Source of the DNA: an uncultured Bacilli bacterium
Lineage (GTDB): Bacteria > Bacillota_I > Bacilli_A > RF39 > UBA660
NCBI GenBank assembly: GCA_904374795.1
Contig: CAJFEV010000002.1
Location: forward strand, 1-47,072
Direction of reading: 5' to 3'
DNA length: 47,072 nt
In this document: positions 12,001 to 18,648 of the stretch, piece after piece
Position numbering within the stretch: position 1 is the stretch's first letter
Layout: each line of letters opens with the position of its first letter
Position numbers and translations under genes: made by a program
Notes under the pieces: model-generated
What the model was told of the DNA's origin: nothing
Database searches by the model: none
What the model saw: only the letters and a program-made list of their open reading frames with translations

Positions 12001-12199
12001 TTCAATGGAAGGAACACGTATAAATAATATTTGGGTGGTTGATGCTAGAGTCTATGATACATATGATTTCACTGAATGGAGATATGACTTTTCTTTTGGA
12101 TCGATTGCAAATAATTTCGGATTAATTTTATCTGATATAGGATTAGTAAAGCCATATAAATGGGATGTGAATTTTAGAGCAGTTTATAAAATAAAATAA
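6098..12199 (+). CDS. WapA-like RHS/YD-repeat polymorphic toxin with DNRLRE and carbohydrate-binding domains
   Basis: DNRLRE-type segment (YDTYI...YRTLLKFDLP...NNGVLLK...KPYLLVTY), two CBM-like modules (NLFLDPSFE, NLIENPDFSDG), many YD repeats, RHS core (YEYDAWG, NPFRYRSYYYDKETKLYYLNSRYYNPEWGRFINAD), PILLVDNGG cleavage motif; ATG at 6098 after AGGAGG that overlaps the upstream stop. Confidence 0.93.
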   Translation: MKELKNLRKPREKHFLNENGLITAYMYNEDVHYLKNQEYHEIDNSLIEKENYFQNKENSFQAHFFKNSENKIFEIIKDENFLSFSLNNSNHSIITTNKYAITYQNILKNIDITYQFIHNKIKDTILLKDKDNDFQKLKFIIRTNLELKMENNEIFLFEQGKFIYKIEAPILLDKNKNSYPVHYVLVKNEQEYLLSFHVDESLLQESELYPFILDPTIVNDDKKNVYDTYIYPGDENADRNNQEFLKVGVDKNNVTYRTLLKFDLPTIGTGCDVLKATAVLISHPSEFVKDEEAYSHKTFEAYQVISSWSEETANWNTMHGKYNSHIDDYFWAFKTEYNKDENTFYLKDTTMDITNVAKKWYAGEENNGVLLKLEDEVYGEESMYAFYSKNNTVSDEMENIDDPKPYLLVTYRNLNGLEDYMTYQNIPFQEGTGYVNNLTGNLTTVFRVNGTIGGKFPIELSLIYNANDVVLNNNIGLGKGYRWNFQQTLEEVEISGVSYLEYIDSDGTIHYFSKIDETTYQDEDGLNFTITLDSEKYVLKDKENHQKIFEKSGNLYYLKKIVDTYQNEVVISYDENHRINEVKDANNESIYITYEENKITTTSSYETSILNIQNEKIINLVTKFGTTSFTYDSKDLLSKITDINLLETDFVYYETSPYRMKKIIEKGTDGTTGNTLEFLYSFLTTKTVNQKGQVKNYLFNSQGNTINVTSLKDDLDFKNGYGTEDVYDANDNTKNKLSLRIPIMKYVKNLFLDPSFEKRNEGFIYDIATIDTLNARSGEKCVRTNYETDIPLPSVLESGYYTFSGYFKHTSGMELTIRTSNTSVSETKYYTFTDEYKRYFLTAYLEANTSYHVTVFPMNNSTVYMDDFQFESGEVVNYLNLIENPDFSDGMAGWTNSVYTLNGETTTNDDEIITLENGQTVYQMNCKSTLSKTLTKQLQLTGKKGDTYRLSFWYKNEGLKDGSIAVGNIAFLLFGYTSEVPHGVPTYSLNPHATEWQYFEKIIIAEEDYTSITLNIMAQFNVNKLYFTNLYLVKDFSGTSFEYDEEGNLISSTDLANSTSTFQYDANNQLVSNFAPKGNNFHFEYDNQDSQKLLQGVSTKGIANQLKYDTNQNPIQTIIKSVNSSLSLTEEYFYIRKKATDKYLFADFYSNRPILKDFECNLSRFQLELEHDETQNKDYYYIKTDFISKYFAYRENISEKIAFVDTKEQASLFELIANKNGSYTLRIKRVVSTDPEDITQDSCITFDEEDNLIIEVYHMDDPSQELFFESAETPLYVETKAEYEETGKFVSKTIDSLEKVTLYDIDELTGLTNSITNPKGQTIYYEYNDKEQVTKIKKKEKEILYAYNTQNLLSKITSNNKEYTFDYDGFLNKKQTKINNQILSTNQYEENNGNLTSVNYGNGNTISYTYDDFNRLKTHTKNGSVYTYYYDNMNNLSRITSNEETYEYSYDLAGRISSYLYNQKEYFSGQTTIDYEYDSNGNVTKKRLSNGLAIEYTYDEDDNIIKVDVNNATLNYQRDYLGRLVGKNINNQIPIEYTYYTNGNKTSFVLKSMKIENELYEYFYDDTYNLSKIFKNQKLYQEYTYDDFNELIEEHHYERGRTYRYTYDDSGNILFKREYELNTFNLYHEDKFSYENENWEDQLTKFNDIEITYDAIGNPTSIGDATLTWANGRELQSYQNGDLQVSYKYNKDGIRRKKIINNVETEYFTENNSILFETTSGVMLYYLRDDNNSLLGFIYNGTTYYYKKNLQDDIVGIYTSNYELIATYEYDAWGKILSIKDQNNNEIIDETHIAMINPFRYRSYYYDKETKLYYLNSRYYNPEWGRFINADGIIGVQNTKIGYNLFLYVLNRPILLVDNGGNFWNPIDVGKKIWGGIMKFGAYIGGIITDAKIAGKGFAKSFDEYYKKKLDFDDKENLSNQIKHSSQFQNAVKNAIVESNGDYFKVNSTLNYTNATGDLKLFIGEANVSMEGTRINNIWVVDARVYDTYDFTEWRYDFSFGSIANNFGLILSDIGLVKPYKWDVNFRAVYKIK
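11281..11585 (+). repeat. 305-bp RHS-core repeat, copy 1 (inside the full-length toxin)
   Basis: Near-identical to 12838-13142 (about 6 substitutions counted by eye). Confidence 0.95.
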
Positions 12200-12226
12200 A
12201 AAATTTTTATATAAAAGAGGATAAAT

Positions 12227-12754
12227 ATGAAAAAAACATTAATAAGTATGACTATTTTCTTAGCAATACTTGTATATTTTCAATACACTACTTCTTGCAA
12301 ATTTGCTTTTAAAGTTAATTATGATTTGAAGATGCCTGAACCTGAGTCACATCATGTATATTTTTCAGGCTTTCAAGATGTACCTGTGTTTACAGAACAT
12401 AAGTACAAAGATACTTTAAACGAAAAAACATTAAAACAATTTAATAGATTTAATAGTTCTAATGATATGGATATTGTTATGAAATATTTACGTGCTTATT
12501 TAAATCTATTGTCAAATGAAAATAAAGAAATTGTAATATCAAATTTTTCTAAAGATATTCTTAATGAAAATAATTATTATTTTGTTTACGATAAAAACAG
12601 GCGTTTCACTATACTCATTTATGATGTAAAAACAAAAGTTTTATACGAGATGATAGCTACCTACTGTTACAGAAATTGTCCTAGAAAATTAATTGATGAA
12701 GAAAATAATTATAATATTGCTGATGAGTTTATTATAAAGGAGATTGAATGGTAA
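12227..12754 (+). CDS. Putative cognate immunity protein, N-terminally anchored/exported
   Basis: Directly after the RHS gene; hydrophobic N-terminus MKKTLISMTIFLAILVYFQYTTSC; GAGG RBS. Confidence 0.7.
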   Translation: MKKTLISMTIFLAILVYFQYTTSCKFAFKVNYDLKMPEPESHHVYFSGFQDVPVFTEHKYKDTLNEKTLKQFNRFNSSNDMDIVMKYLRAYLNLLSNENKEIVISNFSKDILNENNYYFVYDKNRRFTILIYDVKTKVLYEMIATYCYRNCPRKLIDEENNYNIADEFIIKEIEW

Positions 12755-12774
12755 AAATATAACAATAAATCATA

Positions 12775-12831
12775 AAAAAAGCATCAAGAAAAAGAAATCT
12801 TGATGCTTTTTTAAAAATTTTAAGGTATAAT
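12775..12831 (+). repeat. Array junction element J1 (hairpin terminator plus -10 box)
   Basis: AAAAAAGCATCAAGA-AAAAGAAA-TCTTGATGCTTTTTT then TTTAAGGTATAAT. Confidence 0.85.
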
Positions 12832-12837
12832 TTATCT

Positions 12838-13142
12838 AGATGACAACAATAGCCTACTAGGATTTATTTATAATGGAACGACTTATTATTATAAGAAAAA
12901 TCTTCAAGATGATATTGTTGGCATCTATACAAGTAATTATGAGCTCATAGCAACCTATGAATATGATGCATGGGGAAAAATACTAAGCATAAAAGATCAA
13001 AACAACAACGAAATTACAGATGAAACTCATATTGCTATGATTAATCCATTTAGATATAGGTCTTACTACTATGATAAAGAAACAAAACTTTATTATTTAA
13101 ATAGTAGATACTATAATCCAGAATGGGGAAGATTTATTAATG
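12838..13142 (+). repeat. 305-bp RHS-core repeat, copy 2 (orphan module)
   Basis: Near-identical to 11281-11585. Confidence 0.95.
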
Positions 13143-13786
13143 GCGATAATTTAATATTGCAAAATACTAATACGTTATTAAGCAATAATTTATATCTTTA
13201 TTGTGATAATAATGTAATTAATAATACTGATAAAAATGGCCATCATATTTTTACCGCTAATATAGAATTATTAAAAGAATATTCTTATAGTATCTCTGAT
13301 ATCGGAAGTAACACTGTTATGGTGGAGATTGAAATTGGAGATAGTTATTATGTAGCAACAATGTCAAATAATGCAATACATTTTGCATTTTCAGAAAACC
13401 CAGATCTGAAGGATAATGGTTATACTATAGCAACAGCCTTATACGAAGCATATCATGATTTTTATTTGGAAGATATGACAGGAAGAACTTTTGCTGGAAT
13501 AAAATCAGAAATTGTTATTCATAAACTAGCCAATGATTTATTTGAAACTTTGAAAATGGAAAAATTGAACGAAAGGAGCAAAATTGCAGATATTGGTACT
13601 ACAAAATCTGATAATAATGCATGGATTTTTAAAGAATTTACGCCTCCTGTAATTGTTATTGAAGATAAAAAGAGTAAAACTAATTCTTTAACACAAAATT
13701 ACTGCCCTGTACCTAAAAAGCCAAAATCTAAAAATCCTTTTCGCGAATTTTTGGGATGGCTAGGAAATTTGTTTCTAATATTATGA
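12839..13786 (+). CDS. Orphan RHS C-terminal toxin module (5'-truncated RHS core plus alternative tip)
   Basis: Frame is open from DDNNSLLGFIYNG at 12839, first ATG at 13037 without clear RBS; core ends NNVINNTDKNG, then a tip unrelated to the main toxin. Confidence 0.85.
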   Translation, partial: DDNNSLLGFIYNGTTYYYKKNLQDDIVGIYTSNYELIATYEYDAWGKILSIKDQNNNEITDETHIAMINPFRYRSYYYDKETKLYYLNSRYYNPEWGRFINGDNLILQNTNTLLSNNLYLYCDNNVINNTDKNGHHIFTANIELLKEYSYSISDIGSNTVMVEIEIGDSYYVATMSNNAIHFAFSENPDLKDNGYTIATALYEAYHDFYLEDMTGRTFAGIKSEIVIHKLANDLFETLKMEKLNERSKIADIGTTKSDNNAWIFKEFTPPVIVIEDKKSKTNSLTQNYCPVPKKPKSKNPFREFLGWLGNLFLIL

Positions 13787-13806
13787 TATTGAAAGGAAAT
13801 TTGAAT

Positions 13807-14457
13807 ATGAAAGAAAAAGTAAAAAAAATAGTTTATAGTAAAGTATGGAATATTATTGATATTTTTCTTATTTTATTTTTACTATTTCATTATGTCTTTT
13901 TTATCAAATTTTCTTTTCAATTATCGTTTGTTTTTCCCATTTTAAATATTTTATTAGTTATTTTAAGTGTTTTTAGAATAATTGTTAGATTTATTTTAAT
14001 TTTTAAAGAAAGAAAATTTTTGAGATTCATGAATATTCTTTTTGTATTGTTCTTTTTACCATTACTTTTTTTAGCAGGAGCTTTGAAATTTGTAGATTTA
14101 ATCTTTCCACTTTTTTATAGAGATACGTATTATTTTTCCGAAAATTTTGAAGAAAGTTTTACATCTTATACTTATTTTAGTGGAACTGATGCCGATACGT
14201 ATATTTTTTACGAAAAAGAATTAGGTTTTGGAATTAAATGTATAGCTATGATAGATTATTATCATGAAATTTTTAATACTTCCACTTCTGCAGATAAAGA
14301 AGTTTATAAAAATTATATAAAAAACACAAAATTAAATATTGACTATAATAAATATATCTTAGAAATTGAAAAAGGTGATGATTTAGGTTTTTGTTATCAC
14401 AATTTAGCACAGAAATATGAAAGTGAAAATAATGTTATAGAATATTTCTTTGATTAA
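13807..14457 (+). CDS. Putative membrane immunity protein for the orphan tip
   Basis: Three hydrophobic helices followed by a soluble domain; ATG at 13807 after GAAAGGA. Confidence 0.7.
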   Translation: MKEKVKKIVYSKVWNIIDIFLILFLLFHYVFFIKFSFQLSFVFPILNILLVILSVFRIIVRFILIFKERKFLRFMNILFVLFFLPLLFLAGALKFVDLIFPLFYRDTYYFSENFEESFTSYTYFSGTDADTYIFYEKELGFGIKCIAMIDYYHEIFNTSTSADKEVYKNYIKNTKLNIDYNKYILEIEKGDDLGFCYHNLAQKYESENNVIEYFFD

Positions 14458-14640
14458 TCTATTATTTTTCAGAAATGAGTTAATGAATTAAAATATCGTT
14501 TTTCTTCACTATCAATTGAAAAAATTATAGAAATAATCAAATACTCGGAATAAGCCTAATCCAAAAAAGTCAATTTATATTCAAGCTGCTATTGATTATT
14601 TTGGCGAAGAAACTTATGTGGGAAGTCTAGGAGGCATAAC

Positions 14641-15375
14641 ATGGTAAGAAGATTTAATGAATTAAAAACAGGTGATACTTTTGCTTGGAAAATTGAAACA
14701 GATGAATATCCGGATTTTAAAGGAAGGTATATAATATTAACCTATTATTATAATGAAGATTTTGAAAAAAGGAGTTGTAAGCTTTTTAGACTTAAAATAA
14801 CAAAAGATAAAAAACTTCCTGTAAATGAAGAAGAAGTGAATAATTTAGAAGATATTAAATTATGTCATAATATATATGAATTAGCCATTAAAGAATATGA
14901 AGAGGCTAAAAGTGCTATACCCGATGAATATGGTTATATATATCAGTATACTTTAAATATGTATATTGATCGCAAAACTTTGCCTAAAAAATTAAATTAT
15001 ATCGGAAATTTTCAATTAAAACCTATTCCAAATGAGTTTTATTCTAAAACAAGAACGAGAAATCAAGCTGGTGCTTGTTGGGAATATTTTGATGAGAATA
15101 TTTTAAGACCCTATGTGCAATATAATTTAAAACAGTTTATGGGATACACTAAGGAAGGAAATAAAAGAATATATGATCATGAAGTGGATGCAGAAAATTT
15201 CAGAATGTATTTAAAAAAATTAGGTGACGCTATAGAAGGACCTAATGGAAAAGAAGTATTAAAGGCTTTAGGAATAGATATTGATCAGGAAATAAAAGAA
15301 GGAAAACATTTAAAAGACAGTTTAACATATGTAGGTCCAAAAGAAGAAAAAAACATCAAGAAAAAGAAATCCTGA
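14641..15375 (+). CDS. Putative cytoplasmic immunity protein, paralogue P1
   Basis: AGGAGG RBS; shares GDTF...EY...GRY, DEYGYIY, YIGNF, YNLK, YTKEGN, LGIDI, KDSLTYVG with three other array genes. Confidence 0.75.
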   Translation: MVRRFNELKTGDTFAWKIETDEYPDFKGRYIILTYYYNEDFEKRSCKLFRLKITKDKKLPVNEEEVNNLEDIKLCHNIYELAIKEYEEAKSAIPDEYGYIYQYTLNMYIDRKTLPKKLNYIGNFQLKPIPNEFYSKTRTRNQAGACWEYFDENILRPYVQYNLKQFMGYTKEGNKRIYDHEVDAENFRMYLKKLGDAIEGPNGKEVLKALGIDIDQEIKEGKHLKDSLTYVGPKEEKNIKKKKS

Positions 15376-15403
15376 TGTTTTTTCTTTATATTTAAGATAT
15401 AAT
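15343..15403 (+). repeat. Array junction element J2
   Basis: AAAAAAACATCAAGA-AAAAGAAA-TCCTGATGTTTTTT then TTTAAGATATAAT; contains the P1 stop codon. Confidence 0.85.
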
Positions 15404-15422
15404 GGCTTTAGGAAGTGCTTAA

Positions 15423-16166
15423 ATGAAGAGAAAAAGAAATCATTATAATTTAATTGTTTATGCATCAAGACTATTTATAATAAGTGGGTTTATTTTTTTA
15501 ATGTTATTTTCATTAGGAAACATGGAAATTGTATCTTGCTTAAAGAAATATGAAATATTACTACTTATTATGTCTTTTGCTTGTGCTTTTATTTTGTTTA
15601 TTCTTTTAGCTTTGTTAGATAAATATGAAAATAAAATTACTATTGATTTGGATTTTCCACGAAAACCTTTTGTCTATAATGTTTTAGACTTACATGCATT
15701 AGAAACTTCAATATCGATACAATTAACTAAATTGAATTATGTACGAGATTCTTCTTCTTTTTCTGATTTTGACATTTATTATAATTATAAATATGTTTGG
15801 TGGTATTCTGGAAAAAAGCGTCAATTAAATACTTTTGTACAATTTGAATATGAAGAATTTACTAACGAAATAAAAAAATATTTATTGTTACAAAGACAAG
15901 AAATCTTTTATAAGTTGCATAAAAAAGCAAAATTTTGTCAAACAATATTTTTAGTTAAAATAAAAAATAATAATAAATATTTAGAAAAATACTTGAAAGA
16001 AGTAGTACCACAATTTTTAAGAAATTATTTTTTAATAGCAATACTTGTTGAAGAAGATGGGAAAATATATATTCCTCATTGTGATATTTCTTTTTTAGAA
16101 TATAGAGAAATGAGAAAAAGATTAGAAAAAATTTTATATGAACAAATAAAACGTGTTAAGAGATAA
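15423..16166 (+). CDS. Hypothetical membrane protein (2 N-terminal TM helices), putative immunity
   Basis: 247-aa ORF with AGGAAG RBS inside the array. Confidence 0.7.
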   Translation: MKRKRNHYNLIVYASRLFIISGFIFLMLFSLGNMEIVSCLKKYEILLLIMSFACAFILFILLALLDKYENKITIDLDFPRKPFVYNVLDLHALETSISIQLTKLNYVRDSSSFSDFDIYYNYKYVWWYSGKKRQLNTFVQFEYEEFTNEIKKYLLLQRQEIFYKLHKKAKFCQTIFLVKIKNNNKYLEKYLKEVVPQFLRNYFLIAILVEEDGKIYIPHCDISFLEYREMRKRLEKILYEQIKRVKR

Positions 16167-16203
16167 AAATCTTAATGCGTTTTTTAAAGTTTTAAGATAT
16201 AAT
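16148..16203 (+). repeat. Array junction element J3 (divergent)
   Basis: AAAACGTGTTAAGA-GATAAAAA-TCTTAATGCGTTTT then TTTAAGATATAAT. Confidence 0.75.
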
Positions 16204-16209
16204 TAATTT

Positions 16210-16332
16210 AGATGACAACAACCTACTAGAATTTATTTATAATGAAATTTATTATAAAAAAGCATCAAAACGATATCGTTGGCATTTATATTAGTTATTA
16301 TGAATATAATGCATGATGCAAAATACTGAATA
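16210..16332 (+). pseudogene. Decayed third copy of the RHS-core repeat
   Basis: AGATGACAACAACCTACTAGAATTTATTTATAATG...GATATCGTTGGCATTTATA...TATGAATATAATGCATG...AAAATACT aligns with 11281-11430 with indels and stops. Confidence 0.8.
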
Positions 16333-16412
16333 CTGATATCAACTTTTACCCTGGGTGTAGGTAGATATCAAGTATTATTAAAACAAAAATTCATATAGGG
16401 ATGTGTTTTGTA

Positions 16413-16976
16413 ATGAAAAAGTATATTGAGCAACAGCATAAAGTAAATACAAAAAAATTACTAATATTATCAATAATGTTATTATTGTTTAATAGTATTA
16501 AATCTTGGTTTGCACTAGATATAGAAGTTATTATAAGCATTCTACTTAATTTAATAGGCTTTTTTTTAAACATTTATATTATTATAAAAGTAATAAAAAC
16601 AAAAAACAGAAATTATTTTCAAGTAATAATATTAATAATGGCTATTTTGTTAAATTTTATTCCTTTGTCAGATTATAAAGTCTATTTAGATTTTTATAAA
16701 ACAGAAAACTTAAGGATGGAGGTAATACAACAATACCAAAATGTGAATATGTTTTTAATACAGTTAGATGAAAAATATAAGGACTTATCGCAAAATGGTG
16801 TTATTTTGAATTATGATGGTCAAGTGTTTAGTTTTCCTATTTATACTACTACCTCAATTTATGAGGGAAATTATATAATTTATTCTCAGGAAAAAGAAGA
16901 AGAGTTGGTTAATTATATTGGCAGAATTTATTCTATAAAAAACTTGGCGGATAATTGGTATTATATTAAATGCTGA
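16413..16976 (+). CDS. Putative membrane immunity protein (orphan)
   Basis: Three TM helices plus soluble C-terminal domain ending IKNLADNWYYIKC; follows the RHS remnant; start could also be 16401. Confidence 0.65.
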   Translation: MKKYIEQQHKVNTKKLLILSIMLLLFNSIKSWFALDIEVIISILLNLIGFFLNIYIIIKVIKTKNRNYFQVIILIMAILLNFIPLSDYKVYLDFYKTENLRMEVIQQYQNVNMFLIQLDEKYKDLSQNGVILNYDGQVFSFPIYTTTSIYEGNYIIYSQEKEEELVNYIGRIYSIKNLADNWYYIKC

Positions 16977-17026
16977 AAAGATACTAAAAATTTCAATAAA
17001 TATTTTGCGAATATAGGAGGAATCAA

Positions 17027-17752
17027 TTGATGAAAAAGAGTTTAAGAACAAGCAAACCAGGAGATATATACTATTTTCCGATATCTAGTAAGGAATATCC
17101 AAAATATAAAGGAAAATATATTGTTTTAATTCGAAATAGTTTTGATGAATTATGGAATATGCCTTTTAAAACGTTTTACTGTAAAATTGTTGATGCGATA
17201 GATATGGAAAGTATTACTAAGGCTCCATATGTAGTAAGCGGACATACTATTATTGAACGGGAATTAGGTGATAAAGCCCCAAACTATGATATGCCAACAA
17301 AAGACGAATATGGTTTTATTTATATGTATACATTAGAAGTTAAAATGACTAGGAAAATGGATCAATTTGATATGCAGTATTTAGGAAATTTTCCATTGCT
17401 TCATCCAGAAAATGAATTTGTTTCTATACATGGCAGTAGAGGTGAAACTTTTTGCTTTTATTATCAAATAGAAGAAGAAGTAATTCAAAATTATGAGCAG
17501 TACAATTTAAAAAAGAGCGAGCGTTATACCAAAGAAGGAAACAACCGCGCCCTTCAGCTGTTGCAATATGATGTATTAGTTAGAAAATGGATGGCAGAAG
17601 AGGAAAAAAGTTGGAATGGAGATACAAAAGGTTGGCTATTATCTTTGGGAATAGATATTGACCAGGAAATAAAAGAAGGAAAACATTTAAAAGACAGTTT
17701 AACATATGTGGGTCCAGAAGAAGAAAAAAACATCAAGAAAAAGAAATCCTGA
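17027..17752 (+). CDS. Putative immunity protein, paralogue P2
   Basis: AGGAGG RBS; family motifs GDIY, DEYGFIY, YLGNF, YNLK, YTKEGN, LGIDIDQEIKEGKHLKDSLTYVG. Confidence 0.75.
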   Translation: MMKKSLRTSKPGDIYYFPISSKEYPKYKGKYIVLIRNSFDELWNMPFKTFYCKIVDAIDMESITKAPYVVSGHTIIERELGDKAPNYDMPTKDEYGFIYMYTLEVKMTRKMDQFDMQYLGNFPLLHPENEFVSIHGSRGETFCFYYQIEEEVIQNYEQYNLKKSERYTKEGNNRALQLLQYDVLVRKWMAEEEKSWNGDTKGWLLSLGIDIDQEIKEGKHLKDSLTYVGPEEEKNIKKKKS

Positions 17753-17782
17753 TGTTTTTTTTCTTTAAATTTAAGATATAAT
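17721..17782 (+). repeat. Array junction element J4
   Basis: Same hairpin as J2 then TTTAAGATATAAT. Confidence 0.85.
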
Positions 17783-17863
17783 GTTTTTAGAAAATAATTT
17801 AGACAAAAAAATATTTGTTCTTCATACTAACATTTATTTTTTAGAATAGAAAAGAGGTATATC

Positions 17864-18595
17864 ATGGTAAAAAGATTTAATGAATTAAAAACAGGTGATA
17901 CTTTTGCTTGGAAAATCGAAACAGATGAATATCTGGATTTTAAAGGAAGGTATATTATATTAACCTATTATTATAATGAAGATTTTGAAAAAAGAAGTTG
18001 TAAGCTTTTTAGACTTAAAATAACGAAAGATGAAAAACTTCCTGTAAATGAAGAAGAAGTGAACAATTTAGAAGATATTAAACTACGTTATAATATATAT
18101 GAATTGGCCATTAAAGAATATGAGGAGGCTAAGAATGCTATTCCTGATGAATATGGTTATATATATCAGTATACTTTGGAGATGTATATTGACCGTAAAA
18201 CTTTGCCTAAAAAATTAATTTATATTGGAAATTTCCAATTAAAACCTATTCCAAATGAGTTTTATTTTAAGAAAGGAACAAGAAATCAAGCATATGCTTG
18301 TTGGGAATATTTTGATGAGGATATTTTAAGACCCTATGTACAATATAATCTAAAACAATTTATGGGATACACTAAGGAAGGAAATAAAAAAATATATGAT
18401 CATGAAGTAGAGGAGGAAAATTTCAGAATGTATTTAAAAAAATTAGGTGACGCTATAGAAGGACCTAATGGAAAAGAAGTATTAAAGGCTTTAGGAATAG
18501 ATATTGACCAAGAAATAAAAGAAGGAAAACATTTAAAAGACAGTTTAACATATGTGGGTTCCAAAGAAGAAAAAGCTATTAAGAAGAAGCCTTAA
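17864..18595 (+). CDS. Putative immunity protein, paralogue P3 (recent duplicate of P1)
   Basis: Roughly 90% amino-acid identity to 14641-15375 by eye; GAGGT RBS. Confidence 0.78.
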   Translation: MVKRFNELKTGDTFAWKIETDEYLDFKGRYIILTYYYNEDFEKRSCKLFRLKITKDEKLPVNEEEVNNLEDIKLRYNIYELAIKEYEEAKNAIPDEYGYIYQYTLEMYIDRKTLPKKLIYIGNFQLKPIPNEFYFKKGTRNQAYACWEYFDEDILRPYVQYNLKQFMGYTKEGNKKIYDHEVEEENFRMYLKKLGDAIEGPNGKEVLKALGIDIDQEIKEGKHLKDSLTYVGSKEEKAIKKKP

Positions 18596-18623
18596 GAATT
18601 CTTCTTTACGTTTAAGGTGTAAT
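18563..18623 (+). repeat. Array junction element J5 (divergent)
   Basis: AAAGAAGAA...TTAAG-loop-CTTAA...TTCTTCTTT then TTTAAGGTGTAAT. Confidence 0.65.
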
Positions 18624-18648
18624 AAAAATTGATAATGTGGGTGATAGT

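Noticed and set aside
11281-13142. Diversity-generating retroelement template/variable repeat pair
   Set aside because: The few mismatches are not adenine-specific and no reverse transcriptase is present
15391-15418. TTAAGATATAA-TGGCTT-TAGGAAGT as a dif/Xer site
   Set aside because: Partial likeness to a Bacillota XerC arm occurs only in J2 and J6 and is explained by a -10 box plus RBS; no XerD arm
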